DNA of 63,829 bases, filler included, from Reticulomyxa filosa (GCA_000512085.1; 19 parts of 19 records of this genome joined end to end with filler, not necessarily neighbours in it), one strand, 5' to 3'. Numbered from the whole stretch's first letter, positions 1 through 13,852 are shown. Program-made: numbers and translations. The notes: generated from the letters alone by a model not told the origin.

Positions 1-101
1 TATATATATATATATATGTATTTATTTATTTGTTTTGCTCATATGTAAGATATATGCATGTATATGTTTATTTGCTTGCCTGTGCAAATAAAAATGTGTA
101 G

Positions 102-3100
102 GTCTCAGAAATGTTTTTGAAGCATACGATGTACATATGCTTATATTTGTCTCGCAGCAAAGAAAACAGTGTGAAGCAAACGAGCATTGCAGCGTTGCAG
201 CGTATATTAACGGTGACGGTGGAGTACTGTGCTCATAACTATCGCCTCACTCACAACACAAATGGCACGGACTCAACGGAAGTGCAATCCTCTCTGCATC
301 ATTCGCAGCTGCACTTACAATCACAGTCCCGCTCTCACTTACACTCACATCCGCAAGCATCGTCCTCGCCCATGGACTTGAAGGACGTGGACCCCGACAT
401 TTTGGAGATGAAAGTGGGCACTCCCAACGCCGACAAAGACAAGAGCTCCAAATCCGCACAGTCACAGCAGCACACCCCGAACACGGCCACCACCGGGGCC
501 ACTGCGAGCAGCAGCAACAATTTGCACAATATCAATAAAACTCATTACGGCGTGTTCGAACACATTTTACACGATTTGTGTTGTTTAGCTTCGCCCATTG
601 CATATTATCTCAACCACTCGTCCAATACTCCCGTTTCGAGTGAACGATTCAATATAAGTTTCACAAAACTTACATATACATATACATATATATATATTTA
701 TATATATATGTATATGTATATGTAACTTTTTTTTTTTTTTTTAAATGGATTATATCACATTTGACACCATTATTATTTGCTTGTTTGTTTGTGAATCAAA
801 ACTACAAATAAAATAAAAGATAAGAATGCAAATATGTATGAGACAGACCCGATTGTGTCAACTCAAATCCAGACGAATGCCTCTCAAACGGGGATGTCAA
901 CGGACAATGACCCGGGTCGCACTCGATCGGAGAATGAAGACATGTATCGATCGACAATGGAAGAGGACTTGTATCCAGACATAATCGAGGTGGAAGACGA
1001 AAACGGCACCGGCACCGACAACGCCAATGCGAATGAACACGGGGTATCGATCGCCACTCCGACCTCCTCCTTGTCGTTGGAGAGTATCCAGCACAAGTAC
1101 ATGAACAAAAAGCCGTCCATGGCAACACGAGATGACAACGACGGGATGGGTGGCAACGAAAGCAAAAGCAACACGGTGGCGACTGTGGATATATCAATTT
1201 TGTTGAGATATCTCAAATTGCTAGATATCAATTTCAAAGTGGACTACATTCCAGTCTTGGAAATCCTTGAGACATTAATCGAAAGTAGTGACTTTCAAGA
1301 ATTGCTTCATTGCGAAAGCATTTTGAAAGTCTTGCGCTTGCAGTTGTGTCGTTTATTGATCGAGATGACTCGAAAATGCTCTCACTTTGAAGAAATGATG
1401 AAAGTGTCTAAATTGACATTTGTTTTATGTTACGTTGCAAATATCGATAATAACAATAATATATACATATATACATATATGTATATATATATATATATAT
1501 GTATATACATTTTTTTTATTTTTATAATACCTTATATGTGTATGTGTAGTGTATCAACATCATTCATATTTGGTATTGGAAACTGAATTGATTCTGACGG
1601 AGTTCTTACGCTTATTAGAAACGGCGAATTACCCTCCGTGGGCCCCTATCATTGTGTTGGAAACGTTGCGACATTTGCTACGAAACGACGAGCTGCTCAG
1701 GTTTTTTTTATGTGCAATATGACATGAACCCTCAGTCGGATAAGCGGCTATTCGGTACATTGATCCACGCCTTGGGACGCTTCTTGCATCAAGTGACGAC
1801 AAGAACGACATTGCGAGAGACCAGTCAGTGGTCAGCTCGACGCTTGGATCGCAAGCCGTTTGTGTTTGTGAAAGACGGCAAAGCACCTTCTCACTCCATT
1901 ACATTACATGTGTCGTTGGCCATATCGTGTCTCACTTCATTCGCCGAAGGTTTGGCTGTCGTGTGTGGTGTCAGTGAGGACACAAGCAGTGGGGGTCATA
2001 ATGTCAATCCAGTAACTGAGACTGTTTCAACCCCAACCGCTAGTACTGAAGCAACTGTAACAATGACAACAACAGCAACAACAACAGCCACCACTACTGC
2101 AAATACAGAAACAATTAAAACATCCAAAGCAACAACAACAACAACAACAACAACGTCGATGCCGACACCGACGACAACGACGACGACGACAATGGCAATC
2201 ACAACTGCTACAAACACGCTCAATAAACAAGTTCCCAACTCTCCGAAAAAACAATGGACCGAGAAGACGTACAATTGGAAATACCGACACGAATGGTCGA
2301 GGTGATATGGAGACCCTTGTTGGGTGCTTTGAGTCATATGCTGCAACATTCCAGCCACGAACAGCAGTATCACCAACTACTGTCCATCTATCAAACCTTA
2401 TGTCGCATCTGCGGCAAAATACGCATGCCCAAACCCTTGGAAGCCTATTTGCGATCCATGAGTCAACACAGTCTACCAATCACTTTCATTAGCATGAGCT
2501 TCAGTGATATGCTCACCAAATACTCGTCGCTATCCAATGGCAATGTTGATTTGATGACACAGACGACTTCGTCTTCTCTTGGTATGTTCTGTTTCTCTTA
2601 TCCAAATAACTGTCCTTTTTGAAAAGTGCACGTACCCAATCCACAACATGCATGCACACAACGTCTTACGTATACACAAACAGAAAACGGATCAAGCATG
2701 ATGAAAGATGATAGTGTAATTCAATTATCTGTGAAAAACGTTTGCACGATCCATGCGTTGGTCAATATATCCCATGGCTTGGGTGGCGTGTTGGACGGGG
2801 CTTGGACCGTCGTGTTGGAAACGTTTGAAAAGCTCGACTTCATCTTCCACAAACTGCCTTGGCGATTGGTCAACGACAAACAAGAGCCCATCTCCGCGGA
2901 TTCTCATTGGAACGACGAAGTTAAAATGTTGGATGCAAGACTGCAACAATTATTTGGTGTGTGATAGGTAGTAGTAGTAGTAGTCATAGGGTGCTACTAC
3001 TCTTTTTTTTTTTTTTTTTCCATTGATATGCACTGACAAGTTCTATGTACTATATTTGCATATGCACGTATAGCAATATTTCCAATACGCTTGTTTGCAA

Positions 3101-6100
3101 CTATATTATGTATATAATATAAATGGTATTGTGATTGTAATGTGCAATAGAGAGCTCTGTGTATTTGGACGATCAAGCTTTGAACGCCTTGTTGGTTGCG
3201 CTGGGCCATTTGTCATCTTCCTCTTTGGCGGGCTTAGCAACGACAATGAATGATTCGGGGCCTGTTTCCCCACCCACACAAGTTCAAAGCTCACAAAGTA
3301 CAGAGAGCACGTCTCTTCACAACACTTTGGAAGTTACGATTCAATCTATTATTTCAACCAGAGAATTCGTACTTATCATTTGCAATAACAATGAACAATG
3401 AACAATAACAATAACAATAACAATAACAAAAATAGATGAAAGAAACACTAGAAAAGGTGAAATCCTTTGCTCTTCGCAAGTTTGTCGAAACAATGGAAGT
3501 GAATATCTATCGCTTGGACACATTTTGGACGGATGCATATGGACACTTACACTTGGTAATCAATAACAAATATCATCCACAATTGAGAAAGTTTGGCATG
3601 TCTTGCTTGCTGCAAATCCAATTGAAGGCGTTGACGTCGGTATATGGGGCCCATCGAGACAATGCGAATGACGAAAGTGCCGACGAAATTGCCAAGCAAG
3701 CGCAAAACATGGCGATATCGAACAATGCCAATCTCCAAGCGACGAAAAAAGAAATCAAACAGCAGACCGTCGTTCTGATAATGAACAGTCTGGAGAAAAT
3801 CGAATTTCAAAAAACGCTGCTGTCCCCATATACCAAATTATTCGCGTCCAAATATGACGACACTCGAGAGCAAGTCATCAAAAGTGTTAGTGAGCTCTTG
3901 GAGCAATGTGGACAGTATATTACCGTAGGCTGGCCTACCATTGTCGAATTGCTGCACTGTGTGGTATTTATCCCTTTCCAAAAAAAAAAAAAAAAGGGGA
4001 GAGGGACTTTTTTTAAAACGTGCATGTTGGTGACAGGCTGAAACAAAAGTCAAACTAACATGCCTGAAATTGGCATTTGACGATGTTCGAATGATAGCAT
4101 CCGACTTTTTGGATTGGTAAAATTTGTGCTCACATAAATATATATACGTAATTTGTTTTGAAAGAATGAAGGGCAAATGACAACAAATATTGATTTCTTT
4201 GGTTATTAAAAAAAAAAAAAAAAATGAACAGCTTGCCTGATTACTGCATGCTAGGATTAATTGAAACAATAGGGTTGTTCGGAAAACAAACAACCGACAA
4301 TACTGTCAGCTTTTCGTCAATTGGCTTGCTGTGGAGAATCTCCGATTACATAACAGTGTTGAGCAAGTCACAGGAACAAGAACGAGAACGACAGCAACAG
4401 CAACAACAACAGCAACAACAACAGCAACAACAGCAACAACAACAAGAATTGGAGCTGAATCAATCCTCAGAGTTTAAAAACAAACGTCGAACAGAAATCC
4501 TAACTATCAGCGACGGGTTGCAGTTGAAAATGTATAAAGAATTAGAATATCTTTGCACCGACGAAAGGCCAGACGTTCGAAACTCGGCATTGCAGACCAT
4601 TCATTCTGCAATTGTATCGTACGGACCCAATCTGCTGATGGACTCGTGGGTCAAGTGCATCGAAGTCTTGAAAACAATGCTTCGAAAGGTTGTTGTGGAC
4701 AGAGTCCGAATGACAGCCCAGCAAGATGTAAGTTTGTTTTTTTTTTTTTTTTTTTTTTTGGTTCCTTTTGCAAACAAAATTAAATGAATAAAAATGCAAC
4801 GCATAATATCTTTTCTTTTGTTATGAGTATGTGCATATACACAAATAACATATACATATATATGCAAGTAGTACATAAACAATGAGGGAGATGGGGATCA
4901 ACACTTGTGCCTGAATTTGTAGGAAGAGCTACGCGCCAGCGTTTCAATGAAAGAATATCGTGCGCGTAAAAAGAAATGGAACCAATCGGAGACGCATTGC
5001 TTGCAAGGGGCTTGTCGTATAATAAAAATGTTTATAATGAAATTGCATCGTATGAATGAGTTTAAAGACTACTGGACGTTTTATTTGAACACGATAGTGC
5101 AATTGATGGACTTGAATCCAGACGTGGCGAGCTCCGGTATTGGATGTTTGCAAGACATTGCACAGGCGGAGCTGTTTCTCAACTGTTGCGCAAAGAACAT
5201 GAAGTATTGGAATGAGCTGATCGAGTGCTATCGTGCCATTATCCATTCCTTGGCAAACAAGGAGCTGAAAAAGCGAAAAGACGAAACCCAATTGGTGAGT
5301 ATTTTCGATTCGTTGATCGAATCGATCAAAGATTTGTTGAATCCAAATTTGCCATCGCGCAAGTTGTTCACATTGCAGCAAATCGAAAGCGTGCTGAGCA
5401 CATTGGAGCATTTGGTCAGTGATAAGCAATTTGATCCCTTTTCAGAGTCTTTGGAAATGCTCGACGTCCGACTAACCCGTCTCAAAAATGTGCTGTCCAT
5501 ATACGAGCAATTGCCGCCCTTGTCCACCGCCATTGCCATCAGTGTTATTGCCAAAATCACTGGCTATTTTAGTTATTTACAAAAGTGTTGTGTCGGTTAT
5601 TCCTATCATACCAACCAAGTGGCCCAAGCCAAAAAAGCTGACGTCAAGACGCCTGGAAATATCGTTGACACCGCTCCTGTCACAGCAAAACCAGATGATT
5701 TGACTAAATCAATGCCAAAGCCATCTGCCAAAGTTTTTTTTTTTTTTTTTTTTTTTTTAATTTCTAAAAATAAAAATGAAATGCAATAAATAAATAAAGT
5801 GATAAAATACACAAAACAATAAGCTAACCAGAAAACCCCATTATGGAGTCGAACTGTCTCCAGAGGCATTGCTGCAAAAGATCGATCGGACCATGACGAA
5901 AGTGGCTCAGACAGCGACGCAATTGGGCGTGATTTTTTACAGTGTCGACGCTTCGAATAGCATAAAGATTGAGTGCTTTGAAATGCTGATTATCGGCATT
6001 GCCAAGATAATTGACCCTTTCGTGTGTCCGATCAATGTAGTGACAGAGTCCATTCACGGCTTCGAAGAGGTTTGCAAGGCAGGCCTTCCCAAATTTAGCT

Positions 6101-7657
6101 CGGATTCCAGCGAGGACGACGGGGTCCGCACCCAAGTGGAAAGCGTCATCCCTGATCTGTTGCACGCCAACGAAGACGAAGGTGATGGCAACGGCAACAG
6201 TGCCGAGCATACCAAAGGGTCCACCCTCCGCATTTGGAGTGTGTTGGGAGATATCATTTCCATTGCATTTCGTCTGCAAGAACAAAAATATGCGCCGTCT
6301 ATCATCGCAAAAGAAGCCACGACCAGCGTATCCGCCGTTTCGACTCAGCAGCAATTACAAGACGCTGAAAAGCTAATTGATTTGAAGGTCCAATTGCTGG
6401 AAATACTCATGAAATACATCTTGCCGTTTGGGCATTTTGCACCGTCGCAACTCAAAGTTATTGATTATGGCTCTGTTTTCTTTTGTTTATTTAATTACAT
6501 ATATGTACATATATATACATATATATGTATATGTATATGTATATCGGGTATACGTGATATCTTTGTATATTATCTTAGCAAAGAATCGTGTTGCTGTTAA
6601 ATACAAACTGTTCGTCCGATGTTGGTGATACCAACAACTTGCCTCCGCAAAGGCAGACTCGTGTGGCCCAGGCATGCATTTCGGCAATGTTTGAACTGTG
6701 TGACGACACCTTACGTACTCGCCAGAAGTATGACATTGAGCTGTCTTCCACTGCTTATAGTCTGCTCATTCCGAAAATTGCACAAATCTTTGACCATTTC
6801 ATCGAGGATGAGGTCAAATTGCGTGGTCCTTTGCCCACCTATCGGCAACAAGAAATCACACATATTTTAAGACTCTTGAGTGAGTTTTGTTTTTATTGTT
6901 TACGTCTTTGTTTATTTATTTGTTTGGCTGACTAATAAATACCAAAAGATAATAAGACCAATGTCAATCATAACATTTCTCATTATCGACATATGTGAAA
7001 TCGATCGTCTTTTCCCTTTCCCATTTCTTGATTGAATACATAGAATATTTGCGTGTTCATCCCGAGTTGGATGAAACGGCGCGTCAAATGAAAGACTCGG
7101 AACTATCAAACAAAAAAGAAGGCCAGAGCGAAAATGAGGAGAGCAATGACAGCGCGCAATTGAGTGAGGATAAAAAAACGAAAAGCGGAAGAAGGGCAAA
7201 AGATAAGAAGACAAACAGTTCCAGCACTACTGCCAACACAAGTGTAGCTTCTGGCGTATTCAGCATGTTCTGGGGATCTTCTGCCAACAACAACAATAGC
7301 ATGAATGAAATCAACAAACCAACATCAACGCGTGCCAATAATGAAAATGGATATGACAAAGCTGTCAAAGAGGAAATGAAATCTGAAATCAATGACTCAT
7401 CTTCCAATGCCTCGGACATCAATGCCATTAAAAGCCTTTCCCCTATGGACGAGTCTTCCCAAGGTGACAATCGTCCTCAAAAAAAAGCCTTGTACCACGT
7501 CGGAAAATTAAACTACTGTGGCAGCTCAAAGACCAGGCCCCATCTGTTTCGATTATATCCCATCTTATGTCAGCTCATCAAAGTTCAAGATCCCACTGTC
7601 AAGGAATATCTTTGTGTTGTTTTCGAAAAGCTGGGTACCGAAATGGAAATTAAATAA
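102..7657 (+). CDS. MON2: MON2-like Golgi/endosome HEAT-repeat (Sec7-family-related) protein, about 12 exons, 5'-partial
   Basis: GT-AG splicing gives MON2-like segments: ETELILTEFLRLLE..PPWAPIIVLETL, MVEVIWRPLLGALS, LSVKNVCTIHAL..HGLGGVLDGAWTVVLETF, LFESSVYLDDQAL, DDTREQVIKSVSELLEQCGQYITVGWPTI, FGKQTTDNTVSFSSIGLLWRISD, CTDERPDVRNSALQT, WNQSETHCLQG, DEVKLRGPLPTYRQQEI, HLFRLYPILCQLI. Apparent 1-nt indels near 1712, 2246 and 5832. Confidence 0.85.
670..725. repeat. Near-perfect palindromic AT microsatellite (hairpin) in a MON2 intron
   Basis: 670-694 TTACATATACATATACATATATATA is the exact reverse complement of 701-725. Confidence 0.9.
2058..2192 (+). repeat. ACA/ACG coding microsatellite (poly-Thr tract)
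   Basis: Encodes TTTATTTATTT...TTTTTTTT within MON2. Confidence 0.9.
4391..4445 (+). repeat. CAG/CAA repeat (poly-Gln)
   Basis: Encodes a Gln run in a MON2 exon. Confidence 0.95.
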
Positions 7658-8067
7658 ACACAAAATTTACAAAGAGAATTAATTTGCTCAAAAAAAAAAA
7701 AAATATTGGCTGTTCTTTCGTTCAAACGAAAATAACTACATTTAAACAAATGTAATTTTTTTTAATCTTTTTTTTTTTTTGCGGAAGGGGAAAAAACAAT
7801 ATCCATATTTTTTTGCTTTTTTTCCCCTCTCTCACTCAAATGATTAAGAGACTATTTTGTGAAGAGACTGAACATTTTTGAATACATCGGGTACTCCGGA
7901 CGTGTTCCTCAAACATGGGCGATTTTATTACATATACGAAACTTTTGAGATTTTATCTATATCATTTAGATTTAAAAAATAGCAACACAGTGACTGTCCG
8001 AATCTCAATTTGCAGTTTTGAAGTTTTTTGGCCAAAGGGGTGTATATAAATTTTATTTAATTAAAGA

Positions 8068-9530
8068 TGTCTGACCCAATGCTTTCACATGGTGATAATC
8101 ATCCAGAAGCCGTAATTCAATCACATCCATCAACTTCAAAAGCCTTTCAGCCTATTTTCAAGAGAGCAAAAACCAGGGAATCATCAATGTGTTTTGTCAA
8201 TTGGCGATCGAAATGTGCAAGGTTAATTTTATTTTAATTCCTTTGTCCAAACATGTATCACTCAGCCAAAACTGCCACCCCTCCCTAAAAAAACGAAAAA
8301 ACAATATTAGGAAGGACAAATAAGCACAGCATATCAAACATTGTGTAATATCTTGGCCGGTCCGTTTGCAACTCAAGCTAAGCAAAGTGCCTTTTATTGG
8401 ATATTACGTTCGGAAATCGCCGAAGAGCTGCATGATCTGAAGCATGCAGCTGCATGTTTCGATATGGCCGCACAACATTATTCACAAGTTCGTTTTGTCT
8501 TTCCCTTTTGTTTTTTTTTATAATATTAGTATAAAAATTAAAAGTAGGGGAAGGGGCATGATATAAACGCAATATCGGATTTTTCACTCTCAAAAAAAAA
8601 AAAAAAAGCCATTTTGGACGTGGCAATTGCATTTCGAGCATTTAAGAACCGCCATTTGCAATTTTCCGGAGCAACTAGTTCGACGTGTTCAAACGATGAC
8701 AAAGCACAAACAAACAACAATAATGACAATGGTGATACCAAAAATGATAATCGAGTGCAAGATGTTTCTTGTACCTCTCCAGCAATTGAATTCAGTTTTA
8801 TGCAAGGCGAGAATGGGAACGGTGATGAAAATGAAAATAACAAAATAACCAACCCTTGTAATAACCGTTCCGTCTTTAACAATAATGAGCATATGTCCAG
8901 TTGCAAGTCGGTGGGAAGAGGCCAGGAGGTACTTCGATTGAATGAATCAGAATTGTCAGCAATTGATGCAAATAGCGTTATCAGTGAAATGAGTTTAGGG
9001 TCTTCATTGTCTCCTTTTTTCTCCTCCACGCATCATAATGATGCTCCTTCCGATCCTTTCAAAGATTCATTAAATCATAGCACCAATGCTCAGTCCAACA
9101 AAGTCAGTGCTACACCTTTGACGGATCAATTGTTCAATGCATTTGCGAAGTCAACAACAAGAGTCACCAGGACTAATAAAAGTGACAAAGCTGTCCGCGA
9201 TGTTCCAAGAGCCACTCCTCTGACCGATCAATTTTTCAGGACGTGGAACAAAAAAATACTTCCAAACTTTCCGCTTCTCATACAGTACCTGAGAAAAGTG
9301 ACAATCGCTTCAGCTCTTTGCCCAAATATAGTTCACAAAAAAAAATATCTTTACGTACCTGCGACGAGAACAATGTGCTAGAAACCACACTTACTGGTAA
9401 TGGAGACTTTGCCACGGATAACATTGCAGACAACACAAAACATTTCAAACCTTATACGCCACGGAACGCTCACATTTTGGTCACGCCGCAGTGTACTCAA
9501 AGGTCTCATACGAGTGTTGTGCTAGAGTAG
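8068..9530 (+). CDS. Protein with a Mad3/Bub1-, Mps1- or CKAP2-type helical (TPR-like) segment and a disordered tail; 3 exons, apparent indels
   Basis: AKQSAFYWILRSEIAEELHDLKHAAACFDMAAQHYSQ|P.LDVAIAFRAFKNR pattern. Introns 8222-8329 and 8488-8608; frame changes near 8190, 8612 and 9232. Confidence 0.45.
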
Positions 9531-9918
9531 CTTGGTCAGTAGACAAATAGGAGTGCAAGTTCTAGGGCTAACTTGGGAGGAATATTTACGTTAACTTATT
9601 TATTTATCTTGTTGAATCTTAGTTCAACTGATAACAGAGCAGCCGAACGGCAAAACCGAAAAAACAAATTCTTTTCAGACAAAAAATTTTACAAAGGATT
9701 AAAATTGTTCCTGGCACTACCATTATGATTACTCAAACCCTAGTATCTCTTAGTACACTATATGTTGACATTTTTTGCAATAAAAATACGAAGTACATTT
9801 GCCTTTGAATTAATTCACCTCTTAAAAGAGCGGGATGAATTTTTTCCATTTTGAATATTTTTAATTTAATTTGGAAAAAATTAATTCTCACAAAAAAGAT
9901 GAGGATCCAACAAAATGA

Positions 9919-10703
9919 TTATTTTTTAGGTGCTGATCGAAACGAAGAAGTATTTTCATCAGCATCAAAAGAAGTAAGTTTGCTCCATCTGGCGAAGAAG
10001 CGATCACTAAATCGTAACGACTTGCCATAGCTGTGGCGTTTATTGATATGTGCGATGATACCCCATGTTTCACTTTCAGTCCACGGAGAATCAGCACCTG
10101 ATAATTCTTCTTTCCAATCAGCATGAACTGTACTCACTGCTTGTTTGTTATTTGTAATTGTCTTACCAGCGAGATCCACGCGCTCGTAGATGGTTTGGAA
10201 TTGTCGTCTTTCTATCTGTTGATTTGCTCCTGTCTTGTAGTATTCATTTTTGAACAATGCCTCTCCCATTTTAGGTAACAATGTTATCGCGTTATCACCT
10301 TTCTTTCCTAAGTCTATTTTGTCTCTTTTTTATTATTTTATTTTATCCTTCTTCATTATCAAAAAGTAGTGTCAAGGTTTATGAACCAAAAACAAATCAA
10401 TAAACAAAATTAACATCGCAATTGCGCAATTTCATCCAAAGTAACTGTGATTTTTTTTTAATTTTAAAAGTCCTTCCGAAGGTGAAACACTTGATGAAGG
10501 TGCAATAAATTTTGAAACAATGCCACTTCTTTGCTTTGCTCTAACGTTTGGTTATTTATTTTTTGTTTGTTTTGCTTTTTTTTGACTGTTCGTTCTTTTT
10601 CTTTCTCTTAAATAAACCTTGAGGCAGTCGAATATCTGCGTTGAACATCCAAGAGCCCACGAGAAAACAATACTCGGTTTGTTATAATATTTTCTAAGGC
10701 CAT
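9919..10703 (-). CDS. Hypothetical protein with a probable mitochondrial targeting peptide (spliced)
   Basis: First exon MALENIITNRVLFSRGLLDVQRRYSTAS ending at a GT donor; last exon corresponds to ORF 9919-10281. Confidence 0.5.
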
Positions 10704-11016
10704 ATCAAACAATCATTCCCTAGAAAGGGTCTTTTTTACGTTAAAACAAACAAAAAACCGCAGTTTCACTATAACTATCTTTTAAATTTCGAATTTATCA
10801 AAAAGTTGTGCGTGTGTACGTCTTACACTATTTTTTTTTAGTTTTTAAAACTGTTTTGGAAAAAGCTTTTTGTTTGTCTAATTTTTGAAGATTTCTAATA
10901 AAAACAGATTATTATCAAACGTAATAAAAAGTAAATACAAACGTAAAGATAGCACAGTCAAAAAAGGGTACCTCCTTTAGCCTTTTTTTTTGTGCTTTCC
11001 CCTGCGTATAAAAGAA

Positions 11017-11875
11017 ATGATAGGAAAATCCGAAACACAAGAGAGTAAACAAATTGAAAAAAGCAAAATGGTCTCCATGCCAGTAGAGAGTATGGAACTG
11101 CTAAAGGATAACGTGCAAAAAGAGGCGGAAGAGATAATTCACTGTGTGATCCCAATAAAAATATTGGAACTGAATGTGCAGTATATGAAATTGATGGAAA
11201 ATCGGAAGAAGGTCCAAACCAAGTGTAATCAACTGAATGTGCTGGTGGTAGGTGATGAAATCAAAGAAGATCTATCAATGGAAAACACCGACTCCAAAGT
11301 ATCAGGCTCCAAAAAACAAAAGCGCGGGCAAGAACAAATAAAAACAACGAGTAAAAAGAAAAGGAATTTTTCTGAAATGTCAAAAGACGACATAGCAGTA
11401 GAATGGAAAGCCAAAGCACAAGTATTGTTTGACGAAATAAAAAAGGAGTTACAACAAATGACGGAAATTGTGGAGCCAGAAGTACTTTTTTCATGGACAG
11501 CTTAGACAAAGTCATTTTATTTATAAACTTGCAAGTGCCGCCATTGAGGACGGCAACAACTTTGGGGTTGCGGTGCAAGAAGAGGTCAAAAAACTTGTTG
11601 GCGATGCGAGTGCAAATGCATACAATTTTTTGCGTGAAATGCCAAAATATCACACCCAACGGAGTGACATTGAAACCAAGTTGTGCAAATACCCTAACCT
11701 CAGAGATTACTACAAAGTTTTGATCGACCTTGACAACAAGCAGGCTTTGCTACTGTTACACACTCTCAAAGATTTGAGGAACAATTTCTTCATCATTCTT
11801 GACACTTTGCACAAAAATTTTCAAAAGATTGTTCAACCAAAAGGTCATAAGCCCGCGACTATGTCTTTATACTAG
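11017..11875 (+). CDS. PSME3: Proteasome activator PA28/REG (11S) subunit, intronless, two apparent -1 indels
   Basis: Alpha domain (EAEEIIHCVIPIKILELN) plus beta domain MDSLDKVILFINLQVP.IEDGNNFGVAVQEEV...KYHTQR...KYPNLRDY...LRNNF..ILDTLHKNFQKIVQPKG..SLY. Frame switches at about 11490 and 11541. Confidence 0.9.
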
Positions 11876-12409
11876 GTTCAAATGAACACGATAATTTTTT
11901 TTTTTTTGTTACTCCTTCCCCTAAAACTCAAACACGGTTTTTTAAAAGTTGAAATTTATTAATAAATTAAAGCTTGTTCTACTGCATTTCTTTTCTTCAT
12001 TATCTTTTTTGTTTTCAATATAATAGCATATAAAATGATACGACAACGTTCTGTTTATTAGACAATTGAATTGTTGATAGATTGGATCAACTCAACAAAT
12101 TTGTTCCAAAAAGTAAGATATGCTGTTGAAAAATGAGCACTTTGTTATTTATGATTAATTTAATAAAAAGTGTTAATTATTCAGTAACGAAATTGAGACA
12201 AAAGTGCTCAAATTTGTGGAAATGGTGATGAGTGAGCGTTGAAGCGAAGCAAATAATAATAAAGAATTACTAAATCTTGTCAAGAAGAACCGATTGCAAC
12301 AATTAAGGGAAGGAGGGAGAGAAGGGAAAAAGTGTTTGATCACAATGAAAGGAAAAGGCTATTAAAAGTTTGGATATCCAAAATGTTCTACAATTGCAAA
12401 AGATTTACT

Positions 12410-13021
12410 TTAGCAGCTGACGTCCTCAGATAAATTCACCTGAGGTCTATTTTCAGTTTGAATGGATATGTGTCCTTCTTCGAATTTGGGCATTTCCCAA
12501 GTTTCGGCCATTTTGGGTTCTTCCGTGAACCATTCATGTTTCAAAGCAGCGGTAGCAGTCAAGCGTTTGGAGGGATCATAGCATAAAAGTTGTTGCAGCA
12601 TTTCAAAGCCTTTAAGACTGAGAATGGGTCCTTCAGTCTTTTCTTTTTCAGCATCGATTCCATTTTTCTCCTCGCTTTTGTTTTCTGTTTTGGTATCGAC
12701 GTGATTGTCAGTGGTTTGGCTGTCGTTGTCGCCGCGTTGAGGAGCAGCGGCATGTTTATTTTTATGAGCATAATGCAAAGGAAGAGGAGTGCCGACGGGA
12801 AACCTTTGATGCAATTGGCCAGAATAGTTTTTCCAATGGAAGCGTTTCGCATGTGGTAGTTTGGAATAGTCAGACCATATTTCGTCATTCGGAGTACCGA
12901 GGCATTCAAATATCTAAATTGTGAAGAAAAAAAAAGCACATAAAACATTATAAATATATGAATATATGTATGTATATGTATACATACATATATGTACATA
13001 TATGTATATATTTATATATAC

Positions 13022-13053
<32 letters not shown>

Positions 13054-13852
13054 GTATATAACTCACCAATTCAATTTGTTTAAATTCTCCTTCGCCTTGG
13101 AACAACACTTGACCGGTCAAAAGCTCAGCGCAAATGCAACCAACGCTCCAAATATCAATAGGTGGTCCGTAAATATCAGTGCCCATAAGCAGCTCGGGTG
13201 CTCTGTACCACAGCGTGACGACCAAGTTAGTATAGGGCTTCAAGGGCAGTCCATATCTGCGGGCCATGCCCAGGTCACAGATCTTCAAGACGCCAGAGTC
13301 GGTCAATAGCAAATTCGCCGTTTTCAAATCTCTGTGCAAATAAACGAGTCATGCAAATGTTGAACTCCGCTCAACAGTTGATACATCAGACACTTGACTT
13401 GGCCCAATGTCCAGCGAATCCCGTTCGTTTGCATCAAATGCTGCACGTCGTTATGAGCGTAATCCATTACCATGTACACATCGAACGACGGCCTCGTTCG
13501 GTCCTCACTTGACACTACCACTTCCCTCACTTTGATCACGTTTGGATGCGATATCAACCCTTGGAGTAATTTCATTTCACGCAATGAATGCACCGGAAAA
13601 CCGCTTCGACTTTTGTGTGTCTTTACTTTCTTCAATGCCACGATTTCGCCGGTTTTTTTGCATCGTGCGCGGTCTAAATTCTCCCATTTATCCACACATC
13701 CCCCCCCCTCAACGGTGTCATTTTTTTTTTTTGAGAAGGTTCAGATAGTTTTCTCTATTTACTTAACGGACAACGCCATACACGCCCTCACTAATCGTAT
13801 TTAACCTTTCATAGCAATCTTCCACGTTTCTGCAGCTCGAAGTTTGCAACAT
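12410..13852 (-). CDS. CDK10/CDK11-like cyclin-dependent kinase, 3 exons, one apparent -1 indel just before HRD
   Basis: [23 protein letters not shown]|[66 protein letters not shown], |[17 protein letters not shown]. Confidence 0.9.

Noticed and set aside
650-665. ATAAGT resembling a non-canonical donor
   Set aside because: A canonical GT at 658 with an in-phase AG at 846 explains the intron
1996-2479. Val- and Cys-rich antisense ORFs (and similar antisense ORFs elsewhere)
   Set aside because: They are shadows of sense-strand microsatellites and coding exons
6971-6973. In-frame TAA upstream of the last MON2 ORF, suggesting stop-codon reassignment
   Set aside because: It lies inside intron 6880-7043 (spliced product LRLLKYLRVHP). 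TAA, TAG and TGA all act as ordinary stops elsewhere
10440-10475. Possible GA donor (GAAG|GACTTT) on the minus strand
   Set aside because: A GT donor in the same phase lies about 27 nt downstream, and there is no homology to decide between them
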